Assembly: GCA_048213135.1 (NCBI GenBank)
Contig: PS015068.1
Coordinates: 87,940 to 145,537, forward strand
Length of the DNA stretch: 57,598 bases
From: Reclinomonas americana ATCC 50394
Taxonomy: Eukaryota
Direction: 5' to 3'
A program made the position numbers and the translations under genes. This document shows, piece after piece, positions 28,549 through 40,906 of this stretch. How positions within the stretch are numbered: position 1 is the first letter of the stretch; each line of letters begins with the position of its first letter. The notes under the pieces were generated by a model, which was not told the origin of the DNA, did not search any database, and saw only the letters and a program-made list of their open reading frames with translations.

Positions 28549-31500
28549 TCAAAAAGCGTGGCGTTGCAACACACACACATGCACAGCGAGATAAAGAGAA
28601 TGAATGGTGATGGTACAGATTGTGGAGGCCCTTTCGGGGCTATGAAGACATCTCGTCGTCGTCGTACTGTGGCATGACGTCGACGGGACTTGGCAGTTCC
28701 AGTGGGTCGGGGAGGNNNNNNNNNNNNNNNNNNNNTCGCCAGAGCTCGGCACCTCCGACGCCACGCTATCCGGCGATTCTGGTACTTGCAAAACGAATCG
28801 TGGCGGATGCACTGCCGTAAAGGACGACCCTCGTGGTCGCCCGTTGGCGCCGGTCCGCGAGTAGCCGCGCGGACGGGTAGCGGTGGTGGTAATGGTGGTG
28901 GTGGTGATGATGGGCACGGGGATGGCCGGGGAGGCGGCCGCGGATTCGCCACTGATCTCGGGCGAAGCACTGGAACGCACGGCGGCCGCCACCTCGCGTA
29001 CCTGCGCACGCCAGGTGGCCCAGTCGACTGCCGTGTCCAGCATGGTGTTGCGCCGTCGACTCAACACACTGTCACCGTTCGACATGCTCACACATCGCGT
29101 GTGACCAGACGAAGTCGACAGGATGCGTTGTGACTGCGCTGCGGCTGATTCCGGATGTGCACCATTGCCGTGCACAATCACCCGTGCCAGAGGCAGCCGC
29201 CGATGCGCCACCGCTGCCGGAGCTGTCAGTGGTTGGCGTCGAGTCGGTGGCGACGGAGCCTGGTGGTCCGCCGGATGGCGTTGACGACTGTGACTCGACG
29301 TCGGAACGTGTGCGGGTCAACTTGCGTTCGGCCGCGCGCAGCGACTGCTCCCGTGTCTCCAACCACGTGTTGTACATCGAGTCGCCCTCCTCCAAGTCGG
29401 ACAGGAAGCCGCACGACTTGCTGCTGAGGCGCAGCGAGCGCGAGCGCTGCCGCCAGGTCGTTGGCAGCGGACTGGTGCCCGGTGAGGGAGTATTTGGTTG
29501 TAACGGCGAGTCTGGTCGGCCATCCAGCATGCGACGGCGACGCTCCAGCAGGTCACGCGCGGCCGGGTACAGCTCCGGGTTGATCAGGGGCATCAACAGG
29601 CGACTGCCATGAGAGGAGAGGAAGGGAGGTAAGTGAGTGGCAACATGGGGGAAGGGCGGAAAGGGGGAAGGGAGAGGGAGGGAGGGAGGGAGGGAGGGAG
29701 GAGGAGGGAGGANNNNNNNNNNNNNNNNNNNNAGGGGGAAGGGGGGAAGGGGGAAGGGATAATGGGAAAAGGGAAAGGGCACTAGGAATAGGGGGGAAGA
29801 GGGAGGGAGCGCAAAGGGGAAAACGGGAAACGGGAAATGGGAAAGGAGAAGGACAACGGAGCACAAAGGGAGACACGAGAAGAAGGAGGAGCAAGCGAAC
29901 ACGGAGACCACGCAACTCCGCATCCAACTCGATCTTCAGGTCCTCGACTTGCCGCGGATTAAAGTTCTCGAAGCAAGTCAAAAACATGGAGCGCATATTG
30001 GCCTCGCAATGCTCCACGTGCTCCACATTGTCGTTGAAGAGCGGGACGGGTGTGAGATCGGCCTCGTTGAACACGTCCTCGAAGAATGGATGCTGCATGG
30101 CCTCGGCCATGGACAGACGGCGCTCGGGATTGAAATCGAGAAGGCCGTAGATGAGGTCGGCGGCTGGGGAGACAAGAGAGTGAGACGACAACAGCAGGTG
30201 GGGAAACACGCTCATCACACATGCGCCAACCTTCTTCACACGGGAAATGGAGTGCGCGCTTGAGGTAGGTGTGGAGTGGCCTACCGGGCCGCGACGGGAT
30301 GCTGCGCAGCAGCTCGATGAGCCACTCCTTGCTTCGCACGCCAGGGCTCAGGTCGTCAACTGCAGAGGGAGGGTGTCAGACATACACAGACCACGGGAAA
30401 CAAGCCAGCGGCGGTGGTGCTGGGGACACAAACCAGTGGGAGTGCCGGTGAACTCGAGAATCTTGATCAGCTGATCCGTGTCGTCGCGACCACAGAATGC
30501 TGGTCGTCTTCTGTACAACTCCTGCATACGTACTCGTCGTGTGAGAAGACAGACTCGAGAGCGGCCATTTCCCCCACAAGATGATGACCGACCAAGAAAA
30601 TCGCTCCCACGCTCCAGCAGTCGGCCTTGAGCGTGTAGCACGGATCGTCGAGCAGGATTTCCGGGGCGCGGTACATGCTACACACCACGTGAGCCAGCTG
30701 GGAGGTGCATGAAAGCAATCACAGAGTGCGATCTCACCGAGTGCACACGTAATCCGTGAGCGGCTTGCCGTCTGGCCGCGAGCCGACGCCTCGTGCCAAA
30801 CCAAAATCACACAGTTTGACCTGCGTGTCTTCGGCGTTGATGGAGTAGTTGACGAGGATGTTGGCTGGCTTGATGTCTCGGTGCATGATCCCGGCCGAGT
30901 GAGCTGCAGCGCATGCATGTCGGCATCACGGATATGTTTTTCTCTCTCTCTTTCATCACGCCATTCCCCACGCAACTCTTGTACACGCTGACACACAGGC
31001 GGTACATGACATGCCGAATGTGCTCTGAAGTAATAATTCGACTTTCCAGCAATCTCCGCAAATCGGTCTGCATCAGCTCGCTGACAATGAAGCTGCGGGG
31101 ACGAGAAGGGTGTGTGAGGGGAATGCAGAAGCAACAAGACGAATGAGTGACTGCTTCTTCGCTCCCCGCCTGGCCTCCCTCTCCTTCTCCCTCTTCCCTC
31201 TGCCTTTCCCTCTCCCTCTCTCTCTCTCCCCTCTCCCTCTCCTGCACGCAACAACTCTGGGAAGTCCGCCAGTCGACCTCGCGGCAACGTGTCCAGCACC
31301 TGCGGCACGACGCCACGTGGACCCGAGCCTGCGTTCTTGGACATGTGCAACCACGTCTGCAACTCACGGAGGTACTTGTGGACGTGCTCCGACGAGAGCC
31401 CGCGGCCCTCCTCTGCCAACATGTTCAACTTGATGGCACACATGGCACCGGTCTGTCGGTGACGAGCCTTCCACACTGCGATAGAGAGAAAGGGAGAGAG

Positions 31501-31872
31501 AAACAGCGTGGGTGAAAAAAAGATGCTATCATATCCGAACACATATAACAAAACAGCTGAGGCGATCGCTGTCGTTCTCACTGGCCTCCATCGCTCACCA
31601 CGGCCTCGAAGAGAGAGAGAGAGACACACACACACATGAACGCACACGACCGAGAGAATAGCACCGGCGTGTCGATCACTTTGGCATTCATCACGTCATC
31701 ACACTCCCGACGATCAACAGACACGCAAGGAAAGAGGAGGAGAGAGACAGAGAGACAGAGAGGGGGACCCGATACACAGCAGAGCTGATGCGCTTGTGTA
31801 CACACATGAATGAGTGTACACGAGACACAGTACTCAACCGGACACGAACACAGAGAGCGAGCGAGAGAGAGA

Positions 31873-31903
<31 letters not shown>

Positions 31904-32604
31904 CGGCGAGGGAGAGTGTGTGTATGGGAGAGAGAGCGAGAGAGAGTGAGAGTGAGCGATAAGTGAAACTTGACCAAAGAGAAACTCCTCCACTGCGCGA
32001 TCACGTGATGAGGAGAGGCAGTGACAGTGAAAGCACACACATACGCAAAGCGAGTGGAAGAAGAGAAAGAGAGAGAACACGAGAGAAAGAGAGAGAGAGA
32101 AAACAGCACACAAACACGGCATGACCATAAAAAGTCAAAAACAAACCTCTCACACAAACACACACACAGACACCCAACTCCACTCACTCTCTCTCACCCA
32201 AAGCACTTACCGATACCAAACGCGCCCGATCCCAACACATCCAACAGCACATAGCGTGACTCCAACTTGGCGTCCTTTCCACTGGTGCTGACAGGCGCCA
32301 CCATGGCACTCATCTCCGGAGGCACTTTGGGCGAGGGAGGTGGAGGCGCCAAAGGCACAGAAGGTGAGCGGCGATCAGCGTCGTCGTCATCGTCGTCTGC
32401 CTTGGTGGTGGCGGAGTGCGAGTCGAGAGAGGAGCTGGAGCCGCCGAATCGCGCCTTTCTCTGCCGATGAACTCCGCCTGTTCCGCGAGTGCGTGCGTGG
32501 CGAGTGGGTCCGCGTGTGGCGTGCTGGTGTGCGTCTTCACCAGCAGCAGCTGCGGCTGTTGTTGTTGTTGTTGTTGTTTCGTCGGGTTCGTCTCCGTGCG
32601 TCAT
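28549..32604 (-). CDS. MAP kinase (TDY activation loop) with long low-complexity N- and C-terminal extensions
   Basis: [53 protein letters not shown] and LDFNPERR. The start (32604 or 32658) and the 3' end are uncertain. Confidence 0.9.
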
Positions 32605-33637
32605 GGTGAGAGTGGCGGTGGGCGAGGTGACGTGTGCTCGTGGTGGCGATAATGACATAGTATGACACACGCGATGGTGTGTGCGATGCGGCCACGGCTC
32701 ACGCGCGCGCGCTGTGTGTTGATGGAGAAGTGACTCGCGCGCGCAGCGGACAATCGAATCTGCGTCGATATGAGTGAATGGCGAGTGGTTGTGGCGGTAT
32801 TGCGGTGGTGGGGGAGAGGTGGAGTGGAGGAGGCGAGTGGGCGAGGTGCGGCGATGCGGCGGGTGGTGTGCGTGAGGCGAAATGTCGGAGATTCGACGTG
32901 CGAATATGCGTCGTGTTCGAGCTCGAGGGGAATAATTGTGATGCGGTCGTGATGTGTGCAGGTGGGGCGTTGCGGGGCTGTCGGTGCTGATGTTAAAAGT
33001 GGCCGTGCGGGAAATCGACAGCACGTGCGACTGCAAAGAGCGATCGATGATAATCGATATCGCGAATCCGAACGTGACAGCACGTGGTCGTAAGTTTGGA
33101 CAACAATGTGTGCCTGCGCTCGTGATCACGCAGAATGCAACTGCATTATAATTACACGTTGCCCTTCTCTGAGGCACACGCGCTGCAAACGAGAGAAAAA
33201 TCTTTGGCAATTCAACATTATGTAAATCCACAAAACCGGACGTTGTGACACTCCTCGCGATCGCACGACAGGAGAACGCACACACTGCCAAGGACGAATG
33301 ACCACAGGTGAGTCGGCGACACGCTTCTCCTCTGTACACTCTCGTCTCTCGAGGCACTGTCCACTGCAGCTGGTACACACGAGCATGATCGTGAGTGTGT
33401 GAGTGAATGTGGCAAGTGCCCCACGGCCGCCGCGCTTACATGTGCACCGCACTCGCATGGTATGGTGTCTCCACGTGGGTGCATGTGTTCCGTGTGGGCC
33501 TGCACGGTAGACGGTGCTTGAGTGTGTGTGTATGTGTGCCACACAAATATCTTGATCATGTCAGTTTCTCGCGATTGGCGCGCGCCACGATAGTTCACTC
33601 TTCACACACCAAGAAGTACTCAACTGAAGTTCTGGTC

Positions 33638-34805
33638 ATGAATTCGTTGCTCACCGTGCTCCGCATTCAAGCAGTGCCACCGCCAACGCAAAAGCAGGCA
33701 TCGACGACGGCAAGATCCGACGTCGACAACTCAACGTCGACGACACACCCAGCAGGCGGCGCCCCCAAGAACACCAGACTGCTGCTGAACTGGCTTGCCA
33801 CGGCATGCTCGCTCCTCGCGTGCATTGCTGTGTACGCTGTGTTCCTCTTCCTCGACACGAAAGGGTGGACGGCGCCGGCCTCGCTTTTTCTGTTCACGCT
33901 CTTTCTCCGACGGTCTTGGACGCTGATGGGATGGGCAGTGTTGACTTGGCTCTGTGGGAGTCCCTCACTCGTCACTGAGTGGATGTCGGCGCTGTTGCAA
34001 CTGCCTGGCCCACTGGTGCTGCTGCATCCTGCTCTTCGTGTGTTCATCGTCGTGGCCCGTGTTGGTGCGTCGATCATCGTCACTTATTTTTCCTCCACAT
34101 CGCTGCTCGGGTCTTCCAAGTCGACGGCAGCCCCACGATCTCCAGCTGTGCTGCTGTTCATTCTTCCCTGTGTTCCTCTCCGCGTGCATGGGGGAGGCAG
34201 TGACCACGTGTTGGAGTGGGCCGTTTTCTTGCTTCTGCTCTCCGTTGTACTCGACATGTTTCACGGACACCAGCATTCTCCATTCTGCTGCCTTCCGTGG
34301 GCAGCCGGTGCCGAGGGAGAGCACTGTGACCAAGCCGAGTCGCTTGTTATTGCTCCCTGCCCTCCAGCATCAACACTCACAGGTGGAGTACGATGGCAAT
34401 TTATCGATATCGATCGCGATGTCGATGCTTGGAGGTTCTTGCGCACTGACTGCCGCACGTACAGGCTCTACGACCGGCGTGTTCTCAGCTCTCTTCCATG
34501 GCATCGAGGCGGCGTCCAGACTCGTGTCTGCTGCAGTTGCGATCCTGGCGCTCGTGTACTCCATCTGGCAGCTGCAATTCGACGACCTGGATTTGCGGCT
34601 GCTCGGTTTGGTGCTGCCACTCCATGCGTCTCACCTTCACCACACTGATCACAACGACCCTGTGGCAGACCTGCTTCATCTGTGGGCACCTGCGCTGTGT
34701 GCATTCGTGGTGGTTGATGTCACCGGTTGTCTCTTCCCGCGCGGCAACGCGATCGATATCGCGAGCGGCGTTGGAGACGCACGCCAACAGCGATCGGAGA
34801 ATTGA
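33638..34805 (+). CDS. Hypothetical multi-pass membrane protein
   Basis: Long ORF with several hydrophobic segments, continuing in another frame near 34380. The junction is unresolved and no family was recognised. Confidence 0.4.
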
Positions 34806-34930
34806 GTCTCTTACAAGCAAGCTGCGAGATCTGGCGACCACTGACGGCGAGAATGGCACGGATCGAGCTCGCCATGCCTGGTCACGACTGCCTCACTTCA
34901 ACAGATGAATTCGAGAACTACTGTTTGCCA

Positions 34931-35022
34931 TTTTCGGACCTGCAGTTTCCTTCACTCCCAGTCGCCCGACCGCCTGTCGCGTCGTACTCTCCTACTGCGT
35001 AAACAGCCTCGACGCTAACACG
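34931..35022. repeat. Degenerate dispersed repeat, copy 1 (partner at ~43020-43108)
   Basis: Shared TTTCGGACC...TTCACTCCCAG...TAAACAGCCTCGACGC(T/C)AACACG. Confidence 0.7.
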
Positions 35023-35057
35023 TAGCACACCTCGGCTTGCTCATGCGAAGCACTTGC

Positions 35058-38000
35058 TCATTCGCCTGCCACAAAAACAATCTTGTCCGCATGCAAAACA
35101 AGCTTGTCCGTATACGTAGCAAGAATTAACAAAACNNNNNNNNNNNNNNNNNNNNNNNNNNNNNNNNNNNNNNNNNNNNNNNNNNNNNNNNNNNNNNNNN
35201 NNNNNNNNNNNNNNNNNNNNNNNNNNNNNNNNNNNNNNNNNNNNNNNNNNNNNNNNNNNNNNNNNNNNNNNNNNNNNNNNNNNNNNNNNNNNNNNNNNNN
35301 NNNNNNNNNNNNNNNNNNNNNNNNNNNNNNNNNNNNNNNNNNNNNNNNNNNNNNNNNNNNNNNNNNNNNNNNNNNNNNNNNNNNNNNNNNNNNNNNNNNN
35401 NNNNNNNNNNNNNNNNNNNNNNNNNNNNNNNNNNNNNNNNNNNNNNNNAAGTCTGCCTTGTTCCTCTCAGCCAGCTCCATCGAGACAGAGCCGTACAGGT
35501 AGTCCATGAAGTTGATCGCGAGCCTGTCAAACCTGACGAACTGCGCGTTCCACACTTCTTCGGGCGTCTCTGGTTCCTCCCTCAGCTCGGATGCGACTCG
35601 TACCATCTCCTCCAGACTGGGAAGGTATTTATCGGCCGAATCCGTAGATAGCTTTTTCAAGAACTCCTGGCCAACTTTCTTTTCCACGTAGCTCCATTTC
35701 ATGGGTACGCGGTGGGTCATGGTCATCTGCACGGTCTCCTCCAAGTCCTCGAGGTACTCCTTCATGTTCTCGAGACCATGGTGGTGGTCGTGGCCTTCTG
35801 GCATCTCTTGCTCGTGATCTGCTTCGACTTCGAATTCGTCGGGTTCGACGTCTTCGTCCTCGCCTTGAAAGTCGTGTTGGCTTCGTGCATCAAAGTGGTC
35901 GTGCTCTTCCATGTCACCTAGTGGGTGCTCTTGCTGCATCTGAGGTGCGTGCATGAAACGCTGGTCTTCAAACTCGTCAAGCTCCATCTCGAGTGGTGGG
36001 AGAACTACAACTGGTGGCAAGCCAGGCGGCGGTGAATCAGCGAGGCTAGCTCTCTCACCATCACTGTCGTGATCTGACTCTTCTGCGTGGTGGCCTCTGT
36101 CAACATTAACAGCGATCAGGTCGTCATTGTCGGAGTCGTCGTCTCCACTCCCCGGCGCAATGCCATGATGGTGGTGAGCGAGAGGTGCAAGTACAGCGAG
36201 TGGCTGCGCGATCGGACCTTGAAGGAGGGGGACTTGTTGCTGTGCGTCGTGGATCTCTGGATTGGGGACAGCACCGAGTTCTGAGTGGGGGGAGAGCCGT
36301 ACGCCCATCGCCGCACTGCCAGGGACATTGACACGTTCGCCATCAGTTGTCGTGGAGTCATTTCGCGACACCGGAGCACCGACTCCTCCTCCTTGGCTCA
36401 CACCTTTGCGGGGCACCACCGCAGTTGTTGACGTCATCGGGTCAGCGTTGGCGTTGNNNNNNNNNNNNNNNNNNNNNNNNNNNNNNNNNNNNNNNNNNNN
36501 NNNNNNNNNNNNNNNNNNNNNNNNNNNNNNNNNNNNNNNNNNNNNNNNNNNNNNNNNNNNNNNNNNNNNNNNNNNNNNNNNNNNNNNNNNNNNNNNNNNN
36601 NNNNNNNNNNNNNNNNNNNNNNNNNNNNNNNNNNNNNNNNNNNNNNNNNNNNNNNNNNNNNNNNNNNNNNNNNNNNNNNNNNNNNNNNNNNNNNNNNNNN
36701 NNNNNNNNNNNNNNNNNNNNNNNNNNNNNNNNNNNNNNNNNNNNNNNNNNNNNNNNNNNNNNNNNNNNNNNNNNNNNNNNNNNNNNNNNNNNNNNNNNNN
36801 NNNNNNNNNNNNNNNNNNNNNNNNNNNNNNNNNNNNNNNNNNNNNNNNNNNNNNNNNNNNNNNNNNNNNNNNNNNNNNNNNNNNNNNNNNNNNCCACTGG
36901 TAGTGTCAGCGAGAAACGCAGTGCAAGTGTGAGACTGCCCAAGAGGTCCAAGAAGCGAGAGAGACCTGAAGGCAGTGAGTCGGATGATCCGAGGAGCGAG
37001 GACAGCACAGGAGACGAGAGCGAGGAGAGTCGCCACTCCAGTGACAGACAGCACCGCAACCAGCAGAGACTCGTGGCGTTGAACCGTAACTCAGGTGCAT
37101 CGGCTCTCTCCAAGGCTCACACTGCGGTGGCGGCGCAAAATGCGTCACCAACACGTCGTCGTCATCATCAGCAACAACTGAGGGCAGCAGCGGCAGCCCG
37201 TGCGGGTGACGTTGGCCAAGCTGTGGACACACGCCCCACCGATGAGCNNNNNNNNNNNNNNNNNNNNNNNNNNNNNNNNNNNNNNNNNNNNNNNNNNNNN
37301 NNNNNNNNNNNNNNNNNNNNNNNNNNNNNNNNNNNNNNNNNNNNNNNNNNNNNNNNNNNNNNNNNNNNNNNNNNNNNNNNNNNNNNNNNNNNNNNNNNNN
37401 NNNNNNNNNNNNNNNNNNNNNNNNNNNNNNNNNNNNNNNNNNNNNNNNNNNNNNNNNNNNNNNNNNNNNNNNNNNNNNNNNNNNNNNNNNNNNNNNNNNN
37501 NNNNNNNNNNNNNNNNNNNNNNNNNNNNNNNNNNNNNNNNNNNNNNNNNNNNNNNNNNNNNNNNNNNNNNNNNNNNNNNNNNNNNNNNNNNNNNNNNNNN
37601 NNNNNNNNNNNNNNNNNNNNNNNNNNNNNNNNNNNNNNNNNNNNNNNNNNNNNNNNNNNNNNNNNNNNNNNNNNNNNNNNNNNNNNNNNNNNNNNNNNNN
37701 NNNNNNNNNNNNNNNNNNNNNNNNNNNNNNNNNNNNNNNNNNNNNNNNNNNNNNNNNNNNNNNNNNNNNNNNNNNNNNNNNNNNNNNNNNNNNNNNNNNN
37801 NNNNNNNNNNNNNNNNNNNNNNNNNNNNNNNNNNNNNNNNNNNNNNNNNNNNNNNNNNNNNNNNNNNNNNNNGTCGACTCTGATGGCTCTCGTGGAAGGA
37901 GTGCTCTCACGTGCACTGGAGGGGGGTAACTCACGGGAAGGGGGGGTGAGGAGTGTGCGAGTGGTGTGTGTTTCGACTCTAGTGCCGTTACTGCCGTTTC

Positions 38001-38421
38001 TCTCTGTGTGATCAATTCCCGCGCTCATTTGCTCTCTCGTAACACTTCCATGAGTGGTCGTGAAAGCACTCTGTTGGGCGGGACGACGAGGCGGGGTGGC
38101 AGGCGGTTGGGTTGTTGTGGGGGCAATGGCATCTCGTTGTTGTTGTTGTTGGATCTCGCGCTCGAGTCTCGCGATTCTGGCCTCACGAGGCTCATCAATG
38201 CCACGGAAAAGTGGGCTCTGTTGCCTGTTGCGGGTGGCCACTGGCGGCGGTGGACGGGGAGGTGGAACAGGAGGTGGAGGCGGGCGTGACGCAGGGGGGG
38301 TTGATGCGGAACGCACAGGTGGTGTTGACGTTGGTGGTGGTGCCATCGTCGGGGTCGCCGGTGAGTCTGGCAAAGACGTGACGTGCCATGTAGTGGGGAG
38401 TTTACGTCCACCGCCTGACAT
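35058..38421 (-). CDS. Hypothetical large Pro-rich then acidic/His-rich protein, intronless in the visible parts, gapped
   Basis: Open frames at 37873-38421 and 35449-36456 on the - strand. The internal contig 36894-37247 reads best on the + strand. Confidence 0.5.
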
Positions 38422-38825
38422 GTTGTCGACGCCGCTGGGCCAGGTGCTTGATAGACTGTCGAGAGTTGACAGTGGGTTTTCTTTGCTCTCAACAAAGCAC
38501 GAAATTGCGACCACTTGAAAAGACCGCGTTTTTGTTTTTTTGCTTATTGCAGACTTGATGGGACTCGATCTGTTGGCTTTTGTGTAGAGTTGCATAATAG
38601 AGTAGAAGGTGGTGATGTTCTTGTTTGAGTGAATGGCTTGGAGATGGCGATCGAGCAGGCAGGAAACTCGCATGAAACCACTGTATGTGTGCAACCTGTT
38701 GCTCTTCGCGTCGGCGGAGACAGAATGTCAGCGCTTAGACGGTAACGGGGAAAGGAGGCGGGAATCCCAGCGCTCGCGCATGCTTTTATTTATTTTTGTC
38801 CCATGATATATTTATTGGACGTAAA

Positions 38826-40814
38826 ATGGAACACACGCAGAGTCCTCACCGCCAACACTTTCACCACCATCAGCACGGTGGGTCTTCTGGTTCTCAACAC
38901 GCGCAGCAGCGCACTGCAGATGGCAACCAGCTGCAGCAGCGGCCGCCACCGCCTGATTATGACATCGATGGATATGGCGTCGTGCGTGGTGAACGCGTCG
39001 GCGGCATGTCGCACCCAGCTCCTCCTCCGTCCTCCTCCTCGTCGACGACAGCGTCAGCTCGTTTCCGACAGCCGCCAGCGCAGAATCAGGTGTCGGAGCG
39101 GGGCGGTGGCAGGTTCGCGCGCGTGAGAGTCTGGAAAAATTGAACGGTTCCACTCACGGTCTCCCTGTTGTGCGTAGAGCTCCTGCGCCTGCTGCGCAGG
39201 CTGAAGACAAGCGCTCTTCTTGTTGCGTTCGACTTTTTGCAATGTCAACGCATGCACTGCGCACGCAAAATATAATCAATGCATGAACGTTTCACAGTTT
39301 CTGGATCCGGATACGACGGTGGGCTGGTGGAGCACGTCGAGGACGAGGCGCGCGAGGCTGTCGACCACTTCGAGGAGCACATGACGGAAGCCGTGGTTGG
39401 CCTCGAAGACCGCTTGGAGGACAAGGTGGAGGGCGTCGCGCAGGAGGCGATGGGTCGCCTGGAGGATCGTGCGGAGCAGGCAGTGACGCATGTTGTGGAC
39501 GATCTTGAGGGCCGTGGCGAGCAGGCCATTGAGTCGGGTATGTTCTCTTCTCCGCAGTGTCTTCTCCGCCGCCAGGACATTCATGCAGACTGATATCGAT
39601 ATCTGTGGACAGTGGAGAAATCGGTGGAGAACCGAATCTCACGCCTCTTCTCGCCCTCTCTGCTGGAAGAAGGAGGTACGTGCGTGGAGCAACAGTCGAA
39701 AACCACCTCCTTCTCCTTCATCTTCTTCTTCTTCTCCTCCTCCTCCGCCTCTGTCTTTTATTCTTCCACTCTTTCTTTTCTTTTTCTTCTTCTTCTTCCT
39801 CCTCCTCCTCACCAGACAGTGGTGAAGAAAGAGAACAAGAAGGAGGAGGATGAGGAGGATCCGGAGAAGAAGAAGAAGAAGAACAAGAACACGAACAAGA
39901 AGAAGAAGAAGAGGAAGAGAGGGGAGGAAGAGAGAGAGAGAGAAGAGAAGAGACGACGTACGTACTCTCTCTCTCTCTCTCTCNNNNNNNNNNNNNNNNN
40001 NNNNNNNNNNNNNNNNNNNNNNNNNNNNNNNNNNNNNNNNNNNNNNNNNNNNNNNNNNNNNNNNNNNNNNNNNNNNNNNNNNNNNNNNNNNNNNNNNNNN
40101 NNNNNNNNNNNNNNNNNNNNNNNNNNNNNNNNNNNNNNNNNNNNNNNNNNNNNNNNNNNNNNNNNNNNNNNNNNNNNNNNNNNNNNNNNNNNNNNNNNNN
40201 NNNNNNNNNNNNNNNNNNNNNNNNNNNNNNNNNNNNNNNNNNNNNNNNNNNNNNNNNNNNNNNNNNNNNNNNNNNNNNNNNNNNNNNNNNNNNNNNNNNN
40301 NNNNNNNNNNNNNNNNNNNNNNNNNNNNNNNNNNNNNNNNNNNNNNNNNNNNNNNNNNNNNNNNNNNNNNNNNNNNNNNNNNNNNNNNNNNNNNNNNNNN
40401 NNNNNNNNNNNNNNNNNNNNNNNNNNNNNNNNNNNNNNNNNNNNNNNNNNNNNNNNNNNNNNNNNNNNNNNNNNNNNNNNNNNNNNNNNNNNNNNNNNNN
40501 NNNNNNNNNNNNNNNNNNNNNNNNNNNNNNNNNNNNNNNNNNNNNNNNNNNNNNNNNNNNNNNNNNNNNNNNNNNNNNNNNNNNNNNNNNNNNNNNNNNN
40601 NNNNNNNNNNNNNNNNNNNNNNNNNNNNNNNNNNNNNNNNNNNNNNNNNNNNNNNNNNNNNNNNNNNNNNNNNNNNNNNNNNNNNNNNNNNNNNNNNNNN
40701 NNNNNNNNNNNNNNNNNNNNNTAACGGTAACGGTAACGGTAACGGTAACGGTAACGGTAACGTACGTACGTACGTAACGTACGTACGTACGTACGTACGT
40801 ACGTACGTACGTAC

Positions 40815-40906
<92 letters not shown>

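Noticed and set aside
32660-33630. Long ORFs 32194-33378 (-) and the 5' part of 33407-34648 (+)
   Set aside because: These extensions rely on non-ATG starts and have no protein-like features. They are probably UTR or intergenic sequence, like most antisense ORFs in this GC-rich track.
40722-40816. (TAACGG)n and (TACG)n repeats that resemble a telomere variant or satellite; similar sequence at 1-105 and (CCTA)n at 44360-44445
   Set aside because: They occur only at contig ends next to long (CT)n runs and follow the TACG cycle, typical of pyrosequencing dephasing noise.
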